64,000 nucleotides of DNA from the NCBI RefSeq assembly GCF_009914755.1, contig NC_060943.1. One strand, 5' to 3'. The stretch is from the human T2T-CHM13v2.0 reference genome, Homo sapiens. Shown one piece after another: positions 39,405 through 54,115 of this stretch (position 1 is its first letter; each line of letters opens with the position of its first letter). The position numbers and the translations under genes were made by a program. The notes under the pieces were generated by a model that did no database searches, had not been told where the DNA came from, and saw nothing but the letters and a program-made list of their open reading frames with translations.

Positions 39405-40672
39405 GAGAGCGGCCACACTGCGTCCTTTCCCCAGGGTCGTGCTCTCTCGTTGAATGAGTGACGAGAGCGGCCACACTGCGTCCTTTCCCCAGGGTCGTGC
39501 TCTCTCGTTGAATGAGTGACGAGAGCGGCCACACTGCGTCCTTTCCCCAGGGTCGTGCTCTCTCATTGAGTGACGAGAGCGGCCACACTGCATCCTTTCC
39601 CCAGGGTCGTGCTCTCTCGTTGACTGAGTGACGAGAGCGGCCACACTGCATCCTTTCCCCAGGGTCGTGCTCTCTCGTTGAATGAGTGACGAGAGCGGCC
39701 ACACTGCATCCTTTCCCCAGGGTCGTGCTCTCTCATTGACTGAGTGACGAGAGCGGCCACACTGCATCCTTTCCCCAGGGTCGTGCTCTCTCGTTGACTG
39801 AGTGACGAGAGCGGCCACACTGCATCCTTTCCCCAGGGTCGTGCTCTCTCGTTGAATGAGTGATGAGAGCGGCCACACTGCGTCCTTTCCCCAGGGTCGT
39901 GCTCTCTCGTTGACTGAGTGACGAGAGCGGCCACACTGCATCCTTTCCCCAGGGTCGTGCTCTCTCGTTGAATGAGTGATGAGAGCGGCCACACTGCGTC
40001 CTTTCCCCAGGGTCGTGCTCTCTCGTTGACTGAGTGACGAGAGCGGCCACACTGCATCCTTTCCCCAGGGTCGTGCTCTCTCGTTGAATGAGTGATGAGA
40101 GCGGCCACACTGCGTCCTTTCCCCAGGGTCGTGCTCTCTCGTTGACCGAGTGACGAGAGCGGCCACACTGCATCCTTTCCCCAGGGTCGTGCTCTCTCGT
40201 TGAATGAGTGATGAGAGCGGCCACACTGCGTCCTTTCCCCAGGGTTGTGCTCTCTCGTTGACCGAGTGACGAGAGCGGCCACACTGCATCCTTTCCCCAG
40301 GGTCGTGCTCTCTCGTTGAATGAGTGATGAGAGCGGCCACACTGCGTCCTTTCCCCAGGGTTGTGCTCTCTCGTTGACCGAGTGACGAGAGCGGCCACAC
40401 TGCATCCTTTCCCCAGGGTCGTGCTCTCTCGTTGAATGAGTGATGAGAGCGGCCACACTGCGTCCTTTCCCCAGGGTCGTGCTCTCTCGTTGACCGAGTG
40501 ACGAGGGCGGCCACCCTGTGTCCTTTCCCCAGGGTCGTGTTGTCTCGTTGACCGAGTGACGAGAGCGGCCACGCTGCGTCCTTTCCCCAGGGTCATGTTG
40601 TCTCGTTGACCGAGTGACGAGAGCGGCCACACCGTGTCCTCTCCCCAGGATCGTGCTCTCTCATTGACCGAG
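39405..40672. repeat. Minisatellite/VNTR, 58-bp unit (gagagcggccacactgcRtcctttccccagggtcgtgctctctcgttgaNNgagtgaY), about 22 copies
   Basis: Period of 58 measured (39421 to 39479). One 54-bp unit; the 3' units are diverged. Confidence 0.97.
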
Positions 40673-40998
40673 CGACTGTGTGGGCTGTGGTCTGGTGGAT
40701 TTTGTCTGGGGAGGTCGGAGGAGAAGTCTCTGCATAGCCGTGCCCTGTGAGGGACCCAAGTGTATGCCATGGGTGGGCACCTTGTCACACAAGTAACCCT
40801 GGTCCTTCCCCTGGTGAGGAGGCCCTTGGCTGCCCCTGCTGCTGGGCAGAGACGAGACCAGGCATCTGCTCACATGGTCACTGCGCAGAGGCCAGAGGGT
40901 GTCACCACTGTCTGCCACCTGCAGAGCTCACAGCAGGGCACTATGGGGCGGCTCCTGCGCATCTCCTTCCCCCCGACCTGCAGGCACTGGGGCCCTGA

Positions 40999-41367
<369 letters not shown>

Positions 41368-43514
41368 TGATTAGCATGCCAGAGGAGGGCCGCATGGCTC
41401 AGCAGTTAGCCTCCAGCTCTTCCACGGGGAAGCGAAGATGGCAGAGCTTGAATCTGGCGGGGTGTTAACCTCCCCTCTCAAACCAAACCAAAACTTCCTC
41501 CTGGGTGTGGCCATCAGAGGCCCCTCCGCAGGGGCTGCAGGGGTGGAAGGGCAGGGGCAGGCCCTGCTGACCTGGCAGGAAGCTGCCAAAGAAACAGAGG
41601 GCAGGGCCCCTCGTCCCGTGCAAGGTGGGAACCTGGTTCCTACCGCCCCAGGCCACACCCTAAGTCTCAGGCACCCCCACGGCCCATGTCACCCGGCCGT
41701 GGAGAGAACTGCCTGTTTAGAAGTGACATTTCGGGCTCTCCTGCACCGTGAAGACTGTGAACTCATTCAGTTCACTGCTTCAGGGGCTGCTGGTGGAGGC
41801 TGTGATGGAGGAGACCTGAGGCCGGGGGGTGGGGCCTCCCTACACCTGATTTGATGGACAGCTGGGGTTTGGTGTCCCAGGAGCAGAGCAGGCTGTGCTC
41901 AGGGTCCAGCTCAGCAACTGCACCCACTCGAGGCAGTTCCTTCCCCATGGAGAAGCCTTTGTCCATGGGAGAGTCTAGGCCTGTGTCCCCAGCTCTGTCC
42001 AGGTGAGAGGCACGTGCCAAGAACCTGCAAGGCAGGTCTGGGCCGCAGCCCAGCTCATGAGGTTCCACGGGAAGAGTGATGTGCAGGCTCGGGAGCGTGC
42101 TCTGTGGTGAGGCCCTGAGTGTCAGCCAGCCGGAAATTGCTTGTGACATTTCAATCAAACCGCCAAAGCATCAGCTCACACATCGGGGATCCGCTCTTCC
42201 TGGCGGGGCTGCAACCCAGAGGCCGCCTCCCAGCCGCTGCAGGCATTCATCAGACAGCACAGATCTCGCTCGGAGAAGTGCGCATTTCCGGCCTTTCCTC
42301 TTCTCCCCCGTCTTCTGGTTGGAACATCATTCAGTACCAGCAAAACCAGACAGATCACGGCATTGCTCAGGGAAGTGAGAAGTACTGATTTTCTGGCTGG
42401 TTTGTCTAAAACCTTCTCCAAAGTGGTGCTTCCTGGAGGGGGGTGCCCATCGAAGGGGTGGGCAGGCAGTGAGTGGCCTGGACTCCCAGGTCAGCATCTG
42501 TATCGCACTGCAGTTTATCTGTAAAGTTCCTGAACCTGAGCCAAAGGTGGCTCACCACCAGCCTCAGAGCGGCTGCTGGCACCATGCATGGTAGCAGGCG
42601 GGGTCCAGGCAGTACGGCTGCGCTCCCCAACACCGCCAGCTGGTTGCTGGGGCCGGGCGCCAGTTTCTCCAGAGGCTGCCACAGTGAAGGCCCCTGTCCC
42701 ACTGCAGCGAACAGCACCCTGTGCCGCCCGGCCTGGGGACCGTCCTTCAGCCTCTCAGACGCCATGGGCTTGAGATGAACGTCCCTTCCAGACAGCAGCG
42801 TGGGTCCCCTCATCTGAATTCCTGGCAGCCTTCAAACAAGTGACTCTCCACACTCCCCTTATAAATCTTTGTAATGGTATTTACTTCTAGGAGAAAAAGC
42901 CGATCAATAGCAGAGCTTTTTAATAATTAAAAGTGTGTACTTCTGTAATCTGCCATTGACTCCCTCATTTATTCTGCAAGAGCTCGCAGAGGAAACCGAG
43001 TTCCGGGCTTTCTCCGTGCCTGGTGTCTGGGGCCGCGTCCTGTCACCACTGATGACTTTGCCGCAAAGCCTATTCATCATCCCAACGCCTTCTAATTGAT
43101 TGTTGGATAATGTTGACAGCAGTGACACAGGGGACAGACACCGTGAGTGTGGAACGAAGCCACCAGGATGCAGGTTTTCTCGCAGGAACATAATCTTCTT
43201 GTCCTAACCGAGCACATTTTCTCTTCTAGGCCTTGGTTCATAGGAGGGCTGGGGGAGTGAGGTCCTTACACTGTGAGAGCTTGGCTCTCTGCTGCCATCA
43301 CCCCCATTCAATCTTGGCATTCCGGGGGCCCAGCTGGATCCCTGAAGGCTCTGAGTCTGATGTCTGCCTGACGCATGCCTGCAGGCCTGGTTCTCCAGGG
43401 GAGAGACAGGGAGCCGTCACTTGGCCTTAGAGCAGGTGGTCAGGGAAAAGCCTTTCCGAAGCCGGCTCAAATAGGATAAAGGAATCAGTAATGGCATTTA
43501 CTTTACTTTCTTAA

Positions 43515-43647
43515 CTTTTCTTTTTTTCTAGAGATGGGGTCTCACTCTGTTGTCCAGGCTGGTCTCAAGCTCCTGGGCATAAGTGTTTCTCTTGTCTTGG
43601 CCTCCCAAAATGCTGGGATTACAGGTGTGAGCAACCATGCCCGGCCC
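43515..43647 (-). mobile_element. FLAM/Alu left monomer
   Basis: Antisense monomer. Confidence 0.8.
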
Positions 43648-44134
43648 AGTAATTAGGTTTTTTTTTAAAAAGCCCCAAACCTTAATTTTATTTGCCCCTC
43701 ATTTCACGGAGCTCCCAGCGTAGTGGGGAGAAGCTGGCCCAGAGAACCCCACGTCCTGCACAGTGAGGGCCAGCCCTTGGGGACCCCATGTCCTGCACGG
43801 CGGGGGCCAGGCCCTGGGGCCACGTGTGTTCCCCCTCCACCCCTATTTTCTGCCGCGTGCTCGTTCTGCTGCACGTGGCTGTCACTTGAATGGGAATTTA
43901 AAAATATAACTTAATGCACACTGACTTCCCTTGATTGGTGCAATTAATTATTTGAAAAGAAAATTATCATAGTGTTCTTAAGGACTGGCATTTTTCCAAG
44001 CTGTGTCAGTTTTGATTGATGTCTGACGCCGTGGCTGGCTTCTGAAAGCCTCACCAGTTCTGATGGCTTATTGGCGACTTCAGTGTATCCAGCAATCTCT
44101 GCTCATCTTTCTGGGGGAATATATAATGATCAGC

Positions 44135-44947
44135 AGGCCTGAGAACTCCTACAAATCAGAGATAAGAAAACAAATGGCCCGATGAATTCGGCGTGAGGGG
44201 CTTGAGCAGACGCGTTACGAAGGAGCTGCAGGAACGAAAGCCATGGTTCAGTGCCCAGCATCGGTAGAAGTCAGAGGCAGCCAGCTGGGAGACACCGCCA
44301 GCCCCAGGACGGCCACGTCAGAACACCGCCACCAGATGCCAGTGAGGAGGGCGCAGCTGCACGCTGCTCCCAGCCGGGGTGGATGCAGGGCGGTGCCATG
44401 GCCATGGAAAACCGTTCGGCATTTTCTTGGAAACGGAAGCATGTACCCTGTGCCCCAGCGATGCCACTCTGTGCATATTTACTCAGGAGAAATGAAAACA
44501 TATGTCTCCAGAAAGATTGGTACATAAGTGTTCTTAGCAGTTTTCTTCACGAGAGCCCCAAACTGGAAACAGCCCGCACGTCCATCAACAGGAGGATAGA
44601 TAAATAAATAACCATAGATCCACGCGCAACCGAGTACTGTTTAGAAATGAAAAGGAGCGGTCGCCTGGTGCACAGGACAGTGGGAACAAATCTCAGAAAC
44701 GCACGCCAGGTGGAAGACAACAGGCACATGTCCCTGCCGTACAACGCCATTCATGTGAACCACTAGGAGGGAACGAGGTCTGTGGTGACTGAGAGCGCGT
44801 GCGTGGTTCGGTGGGGATGGCCTGGTAGAGGGCTGGTAGGAGGGGTGCCTGGGGGCCCGGCATGTTTTGTTCCTGTCTGGATCAGTGGTTACGCCCAGAA
44901 CTCCGAGCAGCCTGTGATCCCTGCGTTTTACTGGATGTTAAATAAAG
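44135..44947 (+). mobile_element. Old L1M 3' end (sense), ending in AATAAA at 44941
   Basis: agaactcctacaaatca; gaaatgaaaacatatgtc; ccaaactggaaacagccc..gtccatcaacagga.gatagataaa. Confidence 0.8.
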
Positions 44948-46051
44948 ATGAGGAGCCCACTTGACTTCAAGGATTCTAGTTCATGAGCCTCAGTTTCCAC
45001 GTCTGTGGATTGGGCCCACAGCCCCACCTCCTAGAAGCCCTTGGCCTGAGCCCCGGGGTGCAGCAGGTGGGAGCCATCACTCCAAATTTGTTGTTGATCT
45101 TTCTGGATGGTCGTCTTTCAAAGGCTTTATCAACGGGCTTAGCAGTGAGCAGGGAGTGGGGGTCAGTGTGGCCATCTCGAGTGTCCCCAGAGTGGGGAGG
45201 GTTCCTAGGGCACAAGGCTGTAGCCCCCCAGCCCTGGTAGGCAGCCCTGCCTTTTCTTCCAGACCTTGGGGTGGCTGTTGGGAAACCTTGGGTCTGGGGT
45301 CATTGTGGGCCCCACCCCAGCCACGCACGCCTCGGCTCCTCAGTTTAGGGGGTCCTGCTTCAGAGACCTGCAAAGTCGAATGGGCCGAACATCCGAATTG
45401 GACCTGGGTCTGGAAGCATTGGCCCGCTCTCCAGGGTGCTGATCTGTGGTGTCAGGTCATGCCCCCGGTGTGCAGATATTTCTGGATCTCCATGACTTCA
45501 TGGAGATCCCCTTGTTGAGATACAATTGAAAGATGGCTTGGGATGGCGGCGTGTCGCAGGCCCCTTCCTGGCGTGTTTTGCGCGTGCAGTGGTGGTTCCT
45601 TTCTCATGCGAGGGCAGAAGGTGTCCTGAGCGCGTGCAGTGTCTTGTCTTCAGAGCACTCTAAAGCTGCTGTCAGCACCACCCGCCCCGAAACCAGCCCC
45701 AGCTGCTTCAGGACATGTCACAGTGACTGTGAGTGTGACTCAGCCACCTCCAAAGCAGGAGGCCCCCATCGCTCCCCATGAAGGTCCGGCTGGAGACACC
45801 CCCACGGGCATTGTGTCCAGCCACGGCTCCATCTGCGGTTCTCCCACTGGGGTGATGCTGACGGCCGCCTTGGGGCAGGGCAGGGGCTGCTGGGGCTGGA
45901 GGGGCCCGGCTGAGCCGAGTGGAGGTTGCAGAGCTGTGGCTGCGGCTGCTCACTATGTCCTTCATGAGCCGCGTGGGAAATGGGCTGGAGCCCTGGAGCC
46001 CCTGGAGCCGCTGGATCACCTTTGACTTTGTGAAACCCCCTTGGCTCATAA

Positions 46052-46594
<543 letters not shown>

Positions 46595-47717
46595 TAGGGG
46601 TTGGGGTGTTTCCTCCACCAGCACCATTGTCCCCCTGGGCATCTCCTGGCCATCATGGTCCTGGGGTTGGGTTGTTTGCTGACATCTCTCTCCTGGGGGC
46701 CGCTTGGCCAGGCAGGAGCCCACTCAGGCATCTGCCCCCCTCCCTCCCTGCTCCCCTGTCAGTGGCAGTCTCCCAGCTCCCAGTGCCTGGGTGCTTCCTG
46801 CTGGTGGGGTCCCTGGAGGTCACGGTGAGCTTAGCATGCCCGTGGGAAGACTCACAGTGAGTGGCCCTTGCTTGATTTTTTTCTGGTGATTCTCGTTCCT
46901 GGTCTCAGAAGGCCGATTATTGGCCAGCAATTGGCGTCTGAACTGAGCGCTTGTTCCCCACTCTCCTAACGCCACGTACAGCCATCTGTGTGGCTGTTCT
47001 CGACCATGCGGAGGGTGTGGGAGGCTACTGGATGGATAGGAAGCCCACAAGAGCTGCTGCTGGGCACGGGTGGGACGGGGTCGCCTTGGCTGGCCACCCC
47101 CTCCCCCATGGTCTCTGCCTTGGGGTCCCAGTGACGGGGACGTGGACGGGGCTTATGAATCCTAAGCCTCAGAAAGGGGAGTGTGGGACCCGGGAAGGGA
47201 AGCAGCTAGGAGGCCGTCTGGGCATCACAGGTCTAGCCCTTTCCTGGCTGCCTGTCTGGAGCTGGGGGCTGGGGAGCCTCCTCCCAGGGCTGTCCCTGAA
47301 GTCCCCTGCGTGCTTTTCCTGGCTGCCCCCAAGTAGGACTGAGCTGTCCCGGCAGGCCAGGCTCGGCCACGTGGCCCTGGCTCAGGGCTGCTGTTTCTGG
47401 GCAGCATTGAACAGCCCAGCTCCTCCCAGCCCCTCTGTCTTCCCCGCAGAGACAGCCTCAGCCTCAGCCCCTCCCGGCGTCTCCCTCTGGTTTGGGGTCA
47501 TGTGGCTGCTCGTGATGCAGCAGGACGGGCAGCGGGCTGGCCAGGGTGAGAGCAGGTACTTCCTCCCATCGTCCCTCCCAGTGCAGAGCCTTCCAGTTCC
47601 TCCAGAGCCGGGGTCAGCACAAATGGCAGATTCTTCTCAGATCCAGATGTGGGGGAGGTGTGATAGGAGAGACCACAGGGCCAGATCCGGATTCTTTGAC
47701 TCTCGCAGCATTTTCTA

Positions 47718-48425
<708 letters not shown>

Positions 48426-48434
48426 ATGGATTTT

Positions 48435-48593
48435 GGCCGGACATGATGGCTTCACGCCTATAATCTCAGCCCTTTGGGAGGCTGAGGCGGGAGGATCTCT
48501 TGAGCCCAGGAGGTCAAGGCATCCCTGAGCTATGATTGCACCACTGCACTCGAGCCTGGGCAACAGAGTGAGGACCCGTCTCAAAGAAAAAAA
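48435..48593 (+). mobile_element. FRAM/Alu monomer
   Basis: Monomeric Alu with A tail. Confidence 0.8.
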
Positions 48594-48651
48594 ATGAATT
48601 TCACCTGTTTCATTTTACCCACCCTCCCCCGCCCGCCGCCCCGGCCCACCC

Positions 48652-48835
<184 letters not shown>

Positions 48836-51800
48836 TGACATCTCTCCTGGCCACGCCGGTCTGGACGAATGAGCTAACCTTTATTTTTCTGGCTGTTTCT
48901 CTGCCTTCAATCCAGTTTAGAAAAAGAACAGGGGTCTACAGCAGGGAAGGCTTGAGAGATGCCCCCAGGACTCAGTTCAGAAAGTCTCGAATGTCTCTAG
49001 TGAAGACTCTGGGCTTAGCTAAAGGAAGAGAGATCCAGAAGTTGGGATTTCAGCTTTTTGATCTAAAGGAGTAGTTAAGTATCTCAGGGCTGTTGCTGTG
49101 TTGAAAGGGCATGTGTCTGTGTGTTTGTGCTGCCGTGAGGACACCACGGGTGTTGTGACCAGCCCAGCAGCAGATTGAGCTGTAAGCCCCAGGCCTCGGG
49201 CTTGTCCTGGAGGTGCTGTCGGAGCTGAAACTGCAGCGGGGCGGTGGGGACTGCCCAGATATTAAAAGCAATTTGGGGTTCAGCCATGTGTTCACAAACA
49301 AGTTGGCATTTGGGAAGTGCAGACTTAGATTGGGCTCCACGCTTCCATTGTCAGGCGGCGTAGCAAGTGGCGTGCAGCGCTCGAAACACACCAGGGGTTC
49401 CAGGCAGGCGCCCAGGGCCTGGGCTTCCTCCTGGACCCCCCAGCCCCGCTGTCCCAGCCCCTGCTCAGGCACCCCTGGTGTAGTCAGGCCTGGCCTGGGC
49501 GGCGAGGGCCTTACGCAGGGAGTGTCATTAGCCACAAGGCCTCTGTGGCCGTCGGTGGGGTCGGTGGCTCTCAGGCTTCTTGGCGGGGCAGCCGGCCCCT
49601 GACTCTGGCAGGGTTTTCTCTCCCATAAGCAGCCCAGGCTGGAGAGTCTGTTAGAGCATCTCGCCGCACAGATGACAGAGGAGTGTTAGAAGGCAGGGAA
49701 ACGGCCCAGGTCAGGTGGGGCTCGGGCCTTGTCCAGATCTTGTGTGCAGCCAGATTGGAGAGAAGGGGCAGCCCAGAACCCCCCTTTTCTGGTGTCCCTC
49801 TGGCCGGCCCAGCTCCCCTGTCCCATTTGCATTTCGGGCCACTTTGTTTTGAGCACATTCTTCAGAAGAGAGCCAAAGAGGAGGCTTTCCACCCCCTCGA
49901 TTTGCTTAGAGACATTTTTGCTTGTTGGCTGTTCACCTTCCTTGACCGCTAGGGACCCCTGCCCCCCCCCACCCCGTTGTCCCCTTTCTGTCATTTTTGT
50001 GCTCAGGAGCTGACAGGTGAAAAGCCACCCTCCTGCCCTGGCCGGGCCCTGTGAATTTTGGGTGTCTGTGTTCACGGGTTGGCAAGCTAGGGCTCGGATC
50101 TGGTAGGCCGACGCTGTGCCGTCTGCAAACTGAGCAGGGGGTTTACGTCTTCACAGGGTTGTGGGAGGAGGGCAATTAAAAGGATGTGTGACCTGTGACA
50201 GCCGGACGAAACTGAAATCTCACCCACAAATGAGCAGCCTGTGCACAGAGCCACACTCTGGCATGGAGGTGGCGTCTGCGTCTGCTTCGCCCCGCGGAGT
50301 TGAGTAGTTCCGAAAAGCCAAGAGGCGTGTGCTGCCTGGCCCTTGCAGGGGAAGCCTGTCTCCCCGTCTACAGATGCCAGCGGGGTTGCACAGCTCGCAG
50401 GACAGCCACCTCCTCCCCCCCCCAGCCCCCAGGGCCTCTGTGGGCAGAGGGGCTGCTCCGAAAGCAGGTTGGCCCCCACCGCCTCACCACACCTCGAGCC
50501 AGTGCAGCTCCCTCTGGAGTTCCGGATGGGCCTGCAGCAGCTACAGCCGTGAGCAGGCCAGACCAGTGCCACAGATGTGCTGCCACCTGCCTGCGGAGTA
50601 TCCCTGGCTGCCCCATGGCAGGCAGGAGGCCCAGCCCTCAGCCCAGGTCTGCCCCCACAGGGCAGAGCTCTCCAAGGTTCCCCCGGCTGTAAAATCCCAG
50701 AGAAATACGATCTCCCTGCAGCAGGTGGCTTACCTAGTTACACAGCCTTGGACCAGAGCCTCCGGGTGGAGCTTCCAGGGCCCTGCGCGCACACACAGGA
50801 GGCAGCCTGGGGCTCTCCCCTCCCGTCTTCTGCAGAGCAGGGCTGGCGCCTGCCTGAGCTCACAGGTGGGATGGAGCAGCCCAGGCCGGCACTTGTGGCC
50901 TAAACACGGCCTCATTCACTCCCCATCAGCAGAATGCCGTGGGCACACGGAGGCCATTGTCAAGGAGGGGGTGGGATTTATTCCCGTGGGTGTCTTTCCT
51001 TTCTAGCTGGTCTGTGGGCATTCACCCTTGCCACCTGTCTGTGCAGCCAGTGACATAGTCATTGCCCCTCGGGGCAGGAGGAGGCCTGGTGGCCCTGTGT
51101 GTCTGTGTGGGGGAGGTACGGCTGTGTCCCCACCCCCGGCTCTCCACTCCTGCTCATCCCCTATGAAACCTGGTGTCATGGACCTGCTCCCCTCGGGGCT
51201 GGTGACCTTTGGACCCCAGTGGTGACAACCACAGAGGTCCCCAGACATCACCTGCAGCGTCCCTTGGAGGCAGGATTGGCCCCAGTGAGAGCTGCTGCCC
51301 AGGGCCACTTCCGAGGTCAGTCATCTCTTTCTGGGGGGTGGGGTAGGTAGTGCCAGTGTCATTTTTGACTCCCCTGCTGGTGTGGCCTTCTAGGCCCAGG
51401 TTTCCCAGCATCTCCCCTCTCCTGCTGAGGGCCCCCATCTCTGAGTATTCCATTTGAGCTGCTCATCTCTGTGCCACTTTTTCCCAACTTAAGGCGGCTG
51501 AGCTCTGCAGCGCTCTGCAGCCTCGGTGTGCGACGTTTCTTAAGCACACAGGTGTTAAGTATCTCAGAGCCATGAAACTCTCTGCCTTGCCTGACAGACT
51601 CCCACCTTGAGGATGGACCCTGGCTTTGGGGCTGGGATTTCATTCACTGCACTCGAGTCTCTGGACGGGGGCTGGGCTGTTCGGAGGGTTTGGGGAGTGA
51701 GGGCACCGGGCAGCACAGGTTTAAGTCTCCTGTGTAGGAATCTCACGTCTTTCGGGAGCTAAATGCCAGGCAGGAGGTTGCTTTCCCCTCAGAAACTAGA

Positions 51801-52649
51801 AGTTCTTATCCAACCTGCTCTTCACGCCCACCTGTGGGGAGAGAAGCCCATTCCTTGTGTTCACTGCCTGCCGGAGAGCAGGAGGGAGCCTGTTTCCTCG
51901 TGGGCGGGATGTGCCCCCCGACTCGGGTAGGCCCGAGCATCTGAGGGCCCCCAAGGGCCCATCGTTTTCAGGGTGACCGTCCACACCTGCAGGGGCAGGG
52001 AGTCGGCGGCTTAGCTTCCTCTGGAGCACGGTTCCATCAGCCAGATGCGCTCACATCCAGCTCTTAGCGGCTCCTGCAAAAACTCGCTCTGATCAAAGGG
52101 AGGTGAGTGTAAAAATGCGGCCCGGGCTTTGTCTCCAACTCCCCCCGTGATTCCTGGACCACGCAGGCCATATCACTCGGACACCACGGATACAAACCCT
52201 CACTCCCCTGGCCCCTAGAGCTGAGCAGAGCGCTGGGTTCGACTTCCATCTAGAGCAGAGGTCGATGGGGGGGAGGTTGCCCCTGCCCACAGCTCCACCC
52301 GTGATAAGTAGGCAGGCTTTTCCATAATTAATCAAAACCTAGGCCGTTCATCTGTGGGCCAGGGCTGAGCAGAGACCACCGGAGTCCCTGAGGGGGCCCC
52401 TGAGGCTGCAGGGGACAGGCCAGGCCCCCCCCCTCCCCCCCCCCCGCAAAAGAGCAGGTTGTGGTTATAGGGGCAGGATGACAGTGGGAGATTTTGACAT
52501 CCTCAAGAGGCAGAGGAGCAGGACGCCCCTGCCAGCTTCATCCGCACATCCCTTGGGGCAGATACAGAAGGAAGAATGTGCATTGTTGGAAACTGGGGAA
52601 TACGGTAAACAAAGAGAAGTGGGAGCTGACCTTACCATCTCTGCCATCC

Positions 52650-52962
52650 GCTCAGCCATGAGAAGGAGCAAGGCCCAGCGTGGGTGAACCCTGAGGACAC
52701 CCCGCTCAGTGAGAGAAGCCAGACCCAGAGGCTACACCGTGCGAGACCCCATTTCTATGAAATGTCCGGGACAAGCCAGTGCTCAGAGGCAGGAAGGGAT
52801 GCTTGGGTGTGGGGGCTGGAGGGTGACAACGGATGGGGACGGGTTTTCTTTGGAGGATGAAAATGCTCTACCTTTGATGGCGAAGATGGTCTCCCCACTC
52901 TGTGAATACACAAGCTCCTGCGTCGCACACCTGGTGAATTGTAGGGCACACGAATCTCACTG
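52650..52962 (+). mobile_element. GC-drifted L1M 3' fragment
   Basis: tgaaccctgaggaca..ctcagtgagagaagccagac.caga.g..ccatttctatgaaatgtcc. Confidence 0.7.
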
Positions 52963-53659
52963 AAACTGTCCAGAAACATCCTTCCCCCAGATCAGCTCTC
53001 AGCAAATCAGGAACAGTAATCCAGAATAAAAACTGGGCAGCCTTTCTGGAAGGCCGTCTGCCATGGGTTACACATGTGTCTCCTGTGGCCTAGCGGTTCT
53101 GTCTCTGGAACACGTGCATACCGGTTCCATGTCTAGGGATATCTGTAGCCCCGTTTGTTGTAGTGGAAAGTTCTATGACCAGGGGATGGGTTGAACCAGT
53201 GGAATGTTATGCAGCTGTGAAAATGGGTTTGCTCCATGAGGTTTGCTCTGTATCTTTGGGCATGGAGAGATGAGCGCGACAACTTTAAGGGAAAAAATAG
53301 GCTGTGGACTGGGACTCTTGTGATTCCCGTTTTTTGTGGGGATGTGGTTCTTGAACTGGGAAAGGGAGATTTGCCCAAGTATTGGTTGATATTAGTTTGA
53401 TGTCATGGAATTTGGGATACCTTAAAAATATGCACTAACTTCTCAATATGGTTCTGTCTTTTTTTGTACTAAAAAAAAAAAAACCCACATACTCCTCTTT
53501 CCATAGTCAGAGGGGTGTAGCTCTGGGGAGGGAAGAGTGGGGTCCGCCATTCCTAGGTGCTTCTTGAGCAAGCACCCCACAGTTCCCAAGTGGAAAAGGT
53601 TTTTGTTGTTGTTGCTTCGTTGGTTTGTTTTCAGAATGGGAGTTAAAAACCAAACAAAA

Positions 53660-53782
53660 GGCCAAGCGCAGTGACTCATGCCTCTAATCCCAGCATTTAG
53701 GGAGGCCGAGGTAGGGTTGCATGATTCCAGAGGTTCAAGACCGGCCTGGGCAACATAGTGAGACCCCATTCTCCACAAAAAG
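53660..53782 (+). mobile_element. FLAM/Alu left monomer
   Basis: Sense monomer. Confidence 0.8.
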
Positions 53783-54115
53783 GGGGAAACAAGACAAAAA
53801 CACAAAAACTGTGAAGACCCCCAAAGCCTGGCCCCCTTCCTCCCTGCTGAGCAGGTGAGGCAGTGCTGGAAAGAGGACAGAGTGGAAGGTCCTGGAAGCC
53901 CAGCCCAGCATTGCTGAGCGCCTGCCGTGTGCAGGGGAGCGGTCCTAGCCCCTGGGTCTACCAGGGAGAGGTGAGAGTGCAGAGGACAGCAGGCTTGCCT
54001 CCCTAGCCACACACCTCGCTGCATGCCCTGGCCTCGCCAGGCTGAGGCTTAGGGTGCAGTACCCGGTTCGTTTTGAGAAGTCTCTTTCTCAGCTAGAGCT
54101 GTCTCAGTGGTAACG

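Noticed and set aside
39352-40788. Long minus-strand repetitive ORFs (351-376 aa) and a CRISPR-like appearance
   Set aside because: Pure tandem 58-bp VNTR with no unique spacers and no cas genes, in a eukaryotic intron.
49074-51568. Exact 14-mer gttaagtatctcag seen twice
   Set aside because: The flanks do not align. A single short match is compatible with chance.
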